Position numbers and translations under genes: made by a program. A stretch of 19,885 nt of DNA from Octopus sinensis (lineage: Eukaryota): the NCBI RefSeq assembly GCF_006345805.1, contig NW_021824108.1, positions 1-19,885 on the forward strand. The letters are read 5' to 3'. Below, in pieces: positions 1 through 10,237 of the stretch. The stretch's first letter is position 1, and each line of letters starts with the position of its first letter. Below the pieces are notes generated by a model, which was not told the DNA's origin, ran no database searches, and worked only from the letters and a program-made list of their open reading frames with translations.

Positions 1-120
1 TAAAATTGTCATACAGATGACCTATCAATTGGAAATGAGGAATGTAACTTGTTCTCATTCATTCTGACAAATAAAATAGATCAGGTGAAAGTAAAATATA
101 TAGAAATCAAATATACTCAC

Positions 121-192
121 CTATTTGCCACCAATCACGTCCTAACCTCTTAGCCACTCTCAGAAGATCTTTCTCCTTCAGAACTGGACTCT
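121..192 (-). CDS. Exon encoding the N-terminal helices of a death domain (ESPVLKEKDLLRVAKRLGRDWWQIG)
   Basis: atttcAG acceptor (194-193), GTGAGT donor (120-115), 72 nt, phase 1-1, open frame. The L-x2-VA-x2-LG-x-DW-x2-(I/L)G pattern is typical of death-domain helices 1-2. Confidence 0.8.
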
Positions 193-934
193 CTGAAATA
201 AATATTTCCAGCTTTTATAATTTATTGTAAAACTTATTTATCTCTATAAATATTCTGTAGTTTATTGTTGTGGGACATTGTTATCATCAGTGGTTGGCTG
301 GTAACCACTAGGGTTTTGCTCAGTATTTTTATACTTTCCATTGTGGGACCAGGTAATAGCTCAATATTTAGGCCCGCAACAAAATAGACTAACTTTCCGA
401 AACCTTGTTTCTCTTTAACAGAGACATCCTACATAATCTAACAATGTTGCAATTATTTCATTCAATTATCATTTCATAGTTCTCTCTCTCCTTTCATATA
501 TCTGTACCAAATCTATGACATGTGACTGTCCTCTGAACTCTACACTTCACTAACCACCATTCTCCTCATCTTCTGCTAAAGTCCAATATCATCCAATGTG
601 GTCTCCAAAGATCTCGTCAGAATTGCATGACACACCACTTCAAGTAAAATAAACGTAATACCTGTTCTCTTTGCTGTTGGAAATCTTGAATTTTATCATC
701 CCACATGCCAGTTCACCTGGTCATTATCTGGTGCAGGGAATATTTTAAGACTCCTTAATACAGGTGAGCAATGATCAGTTCTCCACAGATGAAACAAAAA
801 GTGATATCAGGTGTCCTAAAACACTGCACACTTGTACAAAACCCCATTCACTACATACAACTGGACATCTACACATTATTGCAGTGAAGACATCTGAAAT
901 GGTACAAAAGGACTGATACTCAAAAATATATAAG

Positions 935-1985
935 AAAGACGGGAATACAAAGTGCGAGCTCCAAATCTTTTATTTTCCAGAATGTTTGGCATATTTGTTT
1001 CTTTTAACCATCTTCGTTCTGTGACTTGATCTCAATGCCTTTACTCTTATTGCAAAATTAGGTAGTTTACCATCGTCGTAATAGTTTTTCAAGTTTCCCT
1101 TTAAACTTCATCAGGGTTTCTCCTGCTATTTTGACCTTCACTTGTTTCTGCTGACCTTTCACAAATGACGGGCTGCATTACCCATTTGCATTGAACCACA
1201 TTCTTCACCAAGTTCCTCAGTCTACTCAGTTAATCCAGAACTATTTGCATATCCTTTTATTTGTTGTTACTATTGTCATGTAATCCATTAATGTCTTCTC
1301 CAGTGTTTTCCTTTGAGCCATTTCTTATCAATCTGCTGATTTAAGTAACATCTCCATAAAAATCACAAACCAAATGACTGATTTTGTAGAAACTACAGCA
1401 ATTCCCGCTTCAAAATGATACCAGTCTACCGAGAAAGTTTTCCTCAAGAACTGCATATTGAAATTGTTATAGCAGCTCCTCATCAGATCCTTAATCTTTT
1501 CTCATATATAAAACAGGTCCACTGCTTCCATCAACAATTTGTTTGCTAGAGAACCATAAACCAGATCAAATCACACAACATTCAATCCCTTTTATTCTTC
1601 TTTCCGTCTTGTATCACATCCTAGATTTAAGACACATGTTCCACACAGCCTGGAATGCCAGAGGATTCCAGTCTTCAAGATACTTTTAGTCCCATATTCA
1701 TTATTCTGTAGATTTACAGTTGATCTCTTTGTGAATACAACCTTATAAATCTTGCCATCAATATTCAAGGTTGAAATTAGTCTGAACTAATCAATCGGTA
1801 TTTGATTGCTGGTTTCAATGGACATTTCAAACTGTCTATGAATGGGAATCATTGCTTTTGCTTTGGATCTCCTGCATATATCCATCCAGTTCATCTTTAT
1901 TGTATTTTAGCTTTCTGTTCTCAGTATCTGCAAACAGAATTTCCTTGTAGAAGTTAAAGAGGAGCGTTTAATTTTGTTGACGACA
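935..1985 (-). mobile_element. Degenerate non-LTR retrotransposon RT fragment, restriction-like-endonuclease group (Hero-like)
   Basis: Broken minus-strand frames read FRLISTLNIDGKIYKVVF, GIPGCVEH, DVIQDGKKNKRD, DWYHFEAGIAV and HSGK*KIWS. These match the FRTISLLNVEGK / GIPGCxEH / LPGKxKxW motifs of this RT group. Many stops and indels. Confidence 0.7.
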
Positions 1986-2009
1986 TGATCATTTTTCTAG
2001 GGCTTTTGG

Positions 2010-2200
2010 AGCAAAATTGTGCCCAAGGCCCTTTTTAAAGTGGTTGATGTTAGGAAAGGCACATCACCATAGAAAAGCCGGAATGTGTTCCTCATCCAAT
2101 CAAGGCGGACAGTATTTGTTAATAAGAACTGACATGGATAGGAATCATCCATCCAATCGATAGGAGCATAGACATCAGATGATAAATGATGAGGGTCATC
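2010..2200 (+). mobile_element. Old degenerate RTE-tail/SINE-like repeat
   Basis: gtggttgatgttaggaaaggc ... agcat ... atgatga resembles the 3' end of the RTE copies (gtggttggcgttaggaatggc ... gatgatg). Homologous to 4180-4390. Confidence 0.5.
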
Positions 2201-2696
2201 AGTGTCTATCTTGGAGAGAGAGGGAGAGAGAGAACAGTTGTCTCAACATCAAACCTAATGCTTTTACATGGATAAAGACAATGTTTAGGGGATGTAATGA
2301 TAAATTTATTATCAGTGAGAACAAAAGGCAGGGTGTTCACATACGGAACACATTTCATTGTAAATCTGTCATATTATGAGAGACATTTGCCTAAATAGCA
2401 ACAACAGCAATAACCTATCAGTAAACTTAGTAACTACATATTTTAGTCCTCCGTTTCAAAATACAGTATTAATTCTATTGTCTTCTAAATTATCCATTTT
2501 CCGAACCATGCCAACCCCGTTGGATATTTTGTGAAATTCCATTGATATCAAAATGTCTAATAGAATTATTATACAGCTAAAATTTCAGATGTAAATTAGG
2601 AATGGATCTTGTCCTCAGTCATTCTGATAAACTACAAATGCTCAGGTGAAGGTTAAAAATATAGAAATCCATGAGGTACTGTTATTTGCTTCTCAC

Positions 2697-2744
2697 AAAC
2701 TGGCTGTGATGTTGTCAAGGCATCCTTCACAGACGTTGGAGTGT
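2697..2744 (-). pseudogene. Dead linker exon copy (TPTSVKDALTTSQPV) with mutated acceptor
   Basis: 48 nt, phase 1-1, GTGAGA donor. The acceptor reads ttcAA instead of ttcAG. Flanks are homologous to those of the other linker exons. Confidence 0.65.
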
Positions 2745-3649
2745 TTGAAATGAATATTTTCAAGTTTTACGTTTTATAGTATAATTTCATTATAGTTATT
2801 GATAATCAACACTTTATTATTGTGGGAAGGGCATACATCTGTAAAAACTAGTTCGTAGGGATGTGGTTGTGTACCCATATAAAAGTTATGTTAACTTTGA
2901 GGGTAACAAGGTGTAAAATATCAGATGAGGGTACAAGATAATGCTATGAAACTTCCAGACAGACAAGTTTAAGAGAGTTAATGAATGATAGCTGATTAAT
3001 TATCATGTTAATGCGGCGTTTAAACACTAACTATCAATATAGATTGTATAAAATCTGTGTGAAGAACATGTGACATTTGTTACAATGAATATGGTTGTGT
3101 CTCAGCACAGTTGATATGATGGCAGTTCCATGAGAAACCATAGAAAAATGTAACCATTTCCAGTACCGAATACTAATGATGAATTCTTTTCTTGGTCAAA
3201 TAACAATGACCAGGTTCCATGATCTAATTTCAACATAACAATCAAGTCGGAAGTAAAACCAAAATGTGAAAGACTGAAAACAGTGACTCTCTTACAATTG
3301 AAACCATCTCAAAGCCAACAATTGTCAGTATAACGATGTCTATATGGACAGTAAACGTTATTGAAACATCGTAACAAGCGATAATTATATATATATAGTT
3401 AGAAAAGAGTTGTGAGTTCAAGTCACACAGGAATCTCTTACGTTCATTCCTTTCCATGTATTGCATATGTTAGCATCAATGTTTTGTTCAAATGTGAACA
3501 TATGTTCTCTGTTCAATATGAATGTTATCAAAATCACTGAATCGGTTTCCACAATCGATATTATTATACTGAGCTAATATGTTATACCAGACAGGAAACT
3601 ACTGTAACAATCTAAGACAAAGAATTATGATGAGTTACTGGAAGACATC

Positions 3650-3830
3650 ATCATCATCATCAACATTCAAAGTTTGTTTTCCATGCTGGAATGGGTTGGA
3701 AATCTTGACAGGATCTGACAAGCCAGACAACTGCACCAGGCCCCAGATGGTTTCTTTGGCATGGTTTTCTACGGTAGGATGTTCTTATTGATGCCAACCA
3801 CCTCACAGAGTGTACGTGGCCCCTTTGTGT
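3650..3830 (-). mobile_element. RTE 3' tail / RTE-tailed SINE remnant
   Basis: (CAT)n followed by ttttccatgctgg..gggttgga..gccaaccac, the reverse complement of the RTE 3' end seen at 5560-5732. Confidence 0.65.
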
Positions 3831-4179
3831 AACGCACAAGTACTGGAATATTTAGCCAAAAGACATGTAAGACAAAGACCCCACAGCCGGGAGAGGGGGT
3901 ATTGCAAATTTCTCTCCCCGCATCCTGATTCTTTTGTCATCACATTCCCTTCTCACCTCCTGAAAATGTCATCAGCTTCAGTGAAGCAAAACATCATAGA
4001 GTAGTGAGGACCGTCTAATTATATAGAATGTAGCACAACTTGATTACTACTTGTGCTATAATTAAATGCTCCCAGAACACACTAGGAAGTGGTTGTTGGA
4101 AACTAGGAAAGATGACACCACAAGTTTGAAAGGAACGTTTGATATTGTTGGGAAATTGATGATCATTTCTAATGCTTGT

Positions 4180-4390
4180 GCGACAATAAAATATACCCAG
4201 GACCTTTTATAAAGTGGTTGGGGTTAGAAAGGGTCTACCACCTTAGAAAAGCTGCAATGTTTAAGTGAGATGTTTTCCTCAACAAATGACGGTTGGCAGT
4301 AATTTCAGATACAACTGACTTGGACAGTGATGACCCACCTAGTGTATGGGAGCATGGAGAGCAGATGAGAAAGGATGAGGATGATATCAT
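4180..4390 (+). mobile_element. Old degenerate RTE-tail/SINE-like repeat (paralog of 2010-2200)
   Basis: aaagtggttggggttagaaagggt ... ttagaaaagc ... gggagcatggaga ... gatgaggatgat. Preceded by tgatcattt and followed by a GA-rich tract, as at 2010-2230. Confidence 0.5.
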
Positions 4391-4907
4391 TTATTGTATT
4401 GAAACTTTTAACCAGCATCTTTCTTGAAAAGACGGAGAGAAAGAGCATGAGTGAGAGAGAGAGAATGAATGAGTACAATGAGATGACAAACAGGGCGAAT
4501 ATTCTCCTTAACGGGAGAGAACCGTTTCAGGGTTTATATTTAATTTTTGTATCTTTCTTTCTGCGAGTGAATGAGTAACTGATGTTTGCATAAAGTACAT
4601 TTATTGGATATTTGTGTTGTTGTAGAAGAACAGAATTTCTTTATAGCTAAGCATTCAAATGAAATCTAGCATTGGAACCTGTTCTCGGTCATTATTAGAT
4701 ATCAATATAGATTGTATATAATCTGAGTAAAGAACATATAACCTTCATTACAATGAATATGATTGTGTCTCAGCACAGCTAATATTATGGTAGTTCCATG
4801 AGCAAACGAAGAAAGATATAACCAAGTCCACTGCCAAATACTAATGACTAATTCATTTCCCGGTCAAATAACAATGACTATATTCTATTAAATAATTTGA
4901 ACGCAAC

Positions 4908-5732
4908 GATGTCAGTGTGTACACAAGGCAGAGTGAAGAGGCCTGAGAGAAGTGTTAGACATAAGAAGCATCAGATGTGGTGTACAAGAGAGACAACTGC
5001 ACTGGTATGGTTATGGGTATGGATGAGGAGAATTGTGGGAAGAAGTGTTACACCCTCACAGTGGAAAGAACCCGTGCAAAGGGGTGACCCAGGAAGACAG
5101 GGGATGACGTGGTGAAACGACCTTCGAACGTTGGGCCTCACAGAGGTAATGGCAAGAGACAGAGACCACTGTAAATATGATGTGATTAAGAGGACTCGGC
5201 AAGTGAAGTGAGATCACAGCTGTAGCCTATACCAGTGGCGCATAACCAGCCCCTTTTAAAAGTACCCTTGAATCACAGAGTGATAAGTTGCGCTTGAGAA
5301 GAATTTCCGAGTCAAGTAAAACCAAAAACCAGAAATCACAAATCAAAATCAAATCAAGATCGAAATCAAAATGCAAATTGTAATTATGGCCAATGCCAGT
5401 GCCGCCTGGCTGGCACATAATAAGTACCATTCAAACATTGTTTGTTGCCAGTGCCGCCTGACTGGTTCCCTGTGCCGTTGGCACATAAAAAGTACCTTCC
5501 GAACGTGGACAATGCCAGCCCCAACTTCAACTGGCTCCTGTGTCGGTGGCACGTAAAAGGCACCCACCACACTCTCGAAGTGGTTGTCGTTAGGAATAGC
5601 ATACATATGTGGAAACCTTGCCAGATCACATTGCAGCCTGACGCAGCCTACTGCCTTGCCAGTGAAATCGTCCGACCCATGCCACCATAAGAAACGGATG
5701 TTAAATGATGATGATGATGATGATGATGATGA
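4908..5732 (+). mobile_element. 5'-truncated RTE-clade LINE, copy 1
   Basis: Degenerate ORF C-terminus (RSIRCGVQERQLHWYG ... G*PRKT ... RTLGLTEVMARDRD ... RTRQVK*) typical of RTE. The 3' UTR has repeated hairpin subunits and a (GAT)n tail. Confidence 0.88.
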
Positions 5733-5982
5733 GTTCTGTGACCAAATGACAAAATTAACTCTATTGTGTCTTCTAATTTGAACATTATTACCAACAGCAT
5801 TAACCTCAATGGGTATTTCATAAACTCACAGTAAATCGATATCTTTAATACAATTATTATAGAGATAATCGTTCAATTGGAAAATAGGAATGGAAGCTGT
5901 TTTCAGTTATTCTTTCGAGCACAATATACTCGGGGGAAGTAACCTTACAGAAATCAATTGGGAACTATTATTTTATACTCAC

Positions 5983-6060
5983 CAATTGCCTGAGATGTAG
6001 CCCCTAATTCCTGACATGTAGCCTCTGTTTGTACACACCTGTCCTCACAATTTGGAGCCC
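5983..6060 (-). CDS. Linker exon (GAPNCEDRCVQTEATCQELGATSQAI)
   Basis: tttcAG acceptor, GTGAGT donor, 78 nt, phase 1-1, open. Confidence 0.75.
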
Positions 6061-6284
6061 CTGAAATAAATATTTCCAAGTTTTACATTTAAAAATAAAC
6101 TTTCTTCATCTTTATTTATATTAAACTCTATCTTGTTATTGTGAGACATTCAATTTCTGTTGTTAATGGTCAAATGTTGACCATTATGGTTTTGGTCAAT
6201 ATTTCTGTACTTTCTACAGTGGTCCCATGTAATAGCCCAATATGAAACAATAAAACAGACTAACATTCTATATCCACCCTCTCC

Positions 6285-6317
<33 letters not shown>

Positions 6318-6984
6318 AAAAACATTAAATATTCTAACAATGTTGCAATTATCTCATTTAATTAACACTTGATAACAGTTTTCTCTTAGCATTGTCTTTC
6401 TTTTCTTATAACTGCGCCAAATCTATGGCATGGCACAGTCCTCTCATCTCTAGAATTCACTAATCAACATTCCTCTCTAATTAAGTAAAACTGAGCCCAT
6501 AAAGACATGTCCTTTACGTGCATACCCCCCACCCCGCACACAATCTGTCCCCTAAAAATCATCTCCACAAGCCAAATTCCATACACCCTTCCCCAACATG
6601 ATCCCTAACAAGGTGTAAAATGTTAGGTGAGGGTACACGAGGTCCCTATGACAAAATCAGTTTACATTTCAGACATACAAATGTAAGAGAGTTAATGAAT
6701 TATAGCTTATTAATTATCATGATAATTGGGTATATATGTGATACAATGGCACAGTGCTTGACGGTGCAATACTAGATATCAATATAGATTGTATATAATC
6801 TGAGTAAAGAACATATAGCCTTCATTACTATGAATATGATTGTGTCTCAGCACAGCTAATATTATGGTAGTTCCATGAGCAAACGAAGAAAGATATAACC
6901 AAGTCCACTGCCAAATACTAATGACTAATTCATTTCCCGGTCAAATAACAATGACTAACTTCCATTAAATAATTTGAATGCAAC

Positions 6985-7825
6985 GATGTCAGTGTGCACA
7001 CAAGGCAGAGTGAAGAGGCCTGAGAGAAGTGTTAGACATAAGAAGCATCAGATGTGGTGTACAAGAGAGACAATTGCACTGGTATGGTCATGTGTATGGA
7101 TGAGGAGTGCTGTGGGAAGAAGCGTTACACCCTAACAGTGGAAGGAACCCGTGGAAAGGGGTGACCCAGGAAGACAGGCATGACGTGGTGAAACGACCTT
7201 CGAACGTTGGCCCTCACAGAGGTAATGGCAAGAGACAGAGACCTCTGGAAATATGACGTGATTAAGAGGACTCGGCAAGTGAAGTGAGATCATGGCTGTA
7301 GCATATACCAGTGGCGCATAACCAGCCCTTTTTAAAAGTACCCTTGAATCACAGAGTGATAAGTTGCGCTTGAGAAGAATTTCCGAGTCAAGTAAAACCA
7401 AAAACCAGAAATCACAAATCAAAATCAAATTAAGATCGAAATCAAAATGGAAATTGTAGTTGTAACCGATGCCAGTGCCGCCTGGCTGGCACCTGTTCCT
7501 GTGTCACGTTATAAGTACCATAGAAGCATAGGTCCTTGTCACTGCCGCCTGACTAGTTCCCTGTGCCGTTGGCACATAAGAACACCATCCGAACGTGGTT
7601 GATGCCAGCACCCACCCCGACTGGCTCCTGTGTCGGTGGCACGTAAAAAGCACCCACCACACTCTCGGAGTGGTTGGCGTTAGGAATGGCATACATATGT
7701 GGAAACCTTGCCAGATCACATTGGAGCCTGGCGCAGCCTACTGCCTTGCCAGTGAAATCATCCAATCCATGCCACCATAAAAAACGGACGTTAAACGATG
7801 GTGATGTTGATGATGATGATGATGA
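6985..7825 (+). mobile_element. 5'-truncated RTE-clade LINE, copy 2
   Basis: Same 5' truncation point and (GAT)n tail as copy 1. Confidence 0.88.
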
Positions 7826-8075
7826 GTTCTGTGACCAAATGACAAAATTAACTCTTTTGTGTCTAAAATTTGAACATTATTACCAACAGCATTAACCTCA
7901 ATGGGTATTTCATAAACTCACAGTAAATCGATATCTTTAATTCAATTATTATACAGATAATCGTTCAATTGGAAAATAGGAATGGAATCTGTTTTCAGTT
8001 ATTCTTTCGAGCACAATATACTCGGGGGAAGAAAACCTTACAGAAATCAATTGGGAACTATTATTTTATACTCAC

Positions 8076-8153
8076 CAATTGCCTGAGATGTAGCCCCTAA
8101 TTCCTGACATGTAGCCTCTGTTTGTACACACCTGTCTTCAAACTTTGGAGCCT
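8076..8153 (-). CDS. Linker exon (EAPKFEDRCVQTEATCQELGATSQAI)
   Basis: tttcAG acceptor, GTGAGT donor, 78 nt, phase 1-1, open. Confidence 0.75.
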
Positions 8154-8370
8154 CTGAAATAAATATTTCCAAGTTTTACATTTAAAAATAAACTTTCTTC
8201 ATCTTATTTATATAAACTCTATCTTGTTATTGTGAGACATTCAATTTCTGTTGTTAATGGTCAAATGTTGACCATTATGGTTTTGGTCAATATTTCTGTA
8301 CTTTCTACAGTGGTCCCATGTAATAGCCCAATATGAAACAATAAAACAGACTAACATTTCTATATCCACC

Positions 8371-8404
<34 letters not shown>

Positions 8405-9080
8405 AAAAACACATTAAATATTCTAACAATGTACCAATTATCTCATTTAATTAACACTTGATAAGAGTTTTCTCTTAGCATTGTCTTTCTTTTCTTATAA
8501 CTGCGCCAAATCTATGGCATGGCACAGTCCTCTCATCTCTAGAATTCACTAATCAACATTCCTCTCTAATTAAGTAAAACTGCGCCCATAAAGACATGTC
8601 CTTTATGTGCATACCCCCCACCCCGCACACAATCTGTCCCCTAAAAATCATCTCCACAAGCCAAATTCCATACACCCTTCCCCACATGATCCCTAAATCC
8701 CTAACAAGGTGTAAAATGTTAAGTGAAGGTACACAAGGTCCCTATGACAAAATATGTTTACATTTCATACATACAAATGTAAGAGAGTTAATGAATTATA
8801 GCTTATTAATTATCATGATAATTGGGTATATATGTGATACAATGGCACAGTGCTTGACGGTGCAATACTAGATATCAATATAGATTGTATATAATCTGAG
8901 TAAAGAACATATAACCTTCATTACAATGAATATGATTGTGTCTCAGCACAGCTAATATTATGGTAGTTCCATGAGCAAACGAAGAAAGATATAACCAAGT
9001 CCACTGTCAAATACTAATGCTTAATTCATTTCCTGGTCAAATAACAATGACTAACTTCCATTAAATAATTTGAACGCAAC

Positions 9081-9909
9081 GATGTCAGTGTGCACACAAG
9101 GCAGAGTGAAGAGGCCTGAGAGAAGTGTTAGACATAAGAAGCATCAGATGTGGTGTACAAGAGAGACAACTGCACTGGTATGGTCATGTGTATGGATGAG
9201 GAGTGCTGTGGGAAGAAGCGTTACACCCTAACAGTGGAAGGAACCCGTGGAAAGGGGTGACCCAGGAAGACAGGCATGACGTGGTGAAACGACCTTCGAA
9301 CGTTGGCCCTCACAGAGGTAATGGCAAGAGACAGAGACCTCTGGAAATATGACGTGATTAAGAGGACTCGGCAAGTGAAGTGAGATCACAGCTGTAGCCT
9401 ATACCAGTGGCGCATAACCAGCCCCTTTTAAAAGTACCCTTGAATCACAGAGTGATAAGTTGCGCTTGAGAAGAATTTCCGAGTCAAGTAAAACCAAAAA
9501 CCAGAAATCACAAATCAAAATCAAATTAAAATCGAAATCAAAATGGAAATTGTAGTTGTGACCGATGCCAGTGCCGCCTGGCTGGCACCTGTTCCTGTGT
9601 CACGTTATAAGTACCATAGAAGCATAGGTCCTTGTCACTGACGCCTGACTAGTTCCCTGTGCCGTTGGCACATAAGAAACACCATCCGAACGTGGTTGAT
9701 GCCAGCACCCACCCCGACTGGCTCCTGTGTCGGTGGCACGTTAAAAGCACCCACCACACTCTCGGAGTGGTTGGCGTTAGGAATGGCATACATATGTGGA
9801 AACCTTGCCAGATCACATTGCAGCCTGACGCAGCCTACTGCCTTGCCAGTGAAATCGTCCGACCCATGCTACTATAAAAACGGACGTTAAACGATGATGA
9901 TGATGATGA
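9081..9909 (+). mobile_element. 5'-truncated RTE-clade LINE, copy 3
   Basis: Same 5' truncation point and (GAT)n tail as copies 1 and 2. Confidence 0.88.
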
Positions 9910-10159
9910 GTTCTTGACCAAATGACAAAATTAACTCTATTGTGTCTTCTAATTTGAACATTATTACCAACAGCATTAACCTCAATGGGTATTTCATAAA
10001 CTCTCAGTAAATCGATATCTTTAATTCAATTATTATACAGATAATCGTTCAATTGGAAAATAGGAATGGAATCTGTTTTCAGTTATTCTTTCAAGCACAA
10101 TATACTCGGGGGAAGAAAACCTTACAGAAATCAATTGGGAACTATTATTTTATACTCAC

Positions 10160-10237
10160 CAATTGCCTGAGATGCAGCCCCTATTTCCTGACATATAGCC
10201 TCTATTTGTACACACCTGTCTTCAAACTTTGGAGCCT
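10160..10237 (-). CDS. Linker exon (EAPKFEDRCVQIEAICQEIGAASQAI)
   Basis: tttcAG acceptor, GTGAGT donor, 78 nt, phase 1-1, open. Confidence 0.75.

Noticed and set aside
1091-1114. CTGATGA...GAAA on the minus strand
   Set aside because: No stem II or stem I pairing, and it falls inside the Hero-like RT coding remnant.
3242-3466. Hydrophobic ORF resembling a receptor transmembrane segment (also 11958-12215 and 8596-8871)
   Set aside because: These are AT-rich intron frames. Homologous copies in other units carry stops and indels, and no GPCR or Cys-loop motifs are present.
5390-5560. Repeated ~55-60 nt units with GTGCC-GTT-GGCAC hairpins, superficially CRISPR-like
   Set aside because: They lie inside the RTE 3' UTR, are degenerate, have no unique spacers and no cas genes, and the context is eukaryotic.
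6560-6645. Possible extra minus-strand exon after ttttgtcatAG (GPRVPSPNILHLVRDHVGEG)
   Set aside because: It has no convincing donor, a stop in the phase-1 frame, and an 8-nt insertion in the second unit that breaks the frame.
4897-9890. Many 60-98 aa ORFs in the track (4897-5781, 7132-7895, 9659-9890)
   Set aside because: They are overlapping chance frames on both strands of the RTE fragments. Poly-Asp ends come from the (GAT)n tail.
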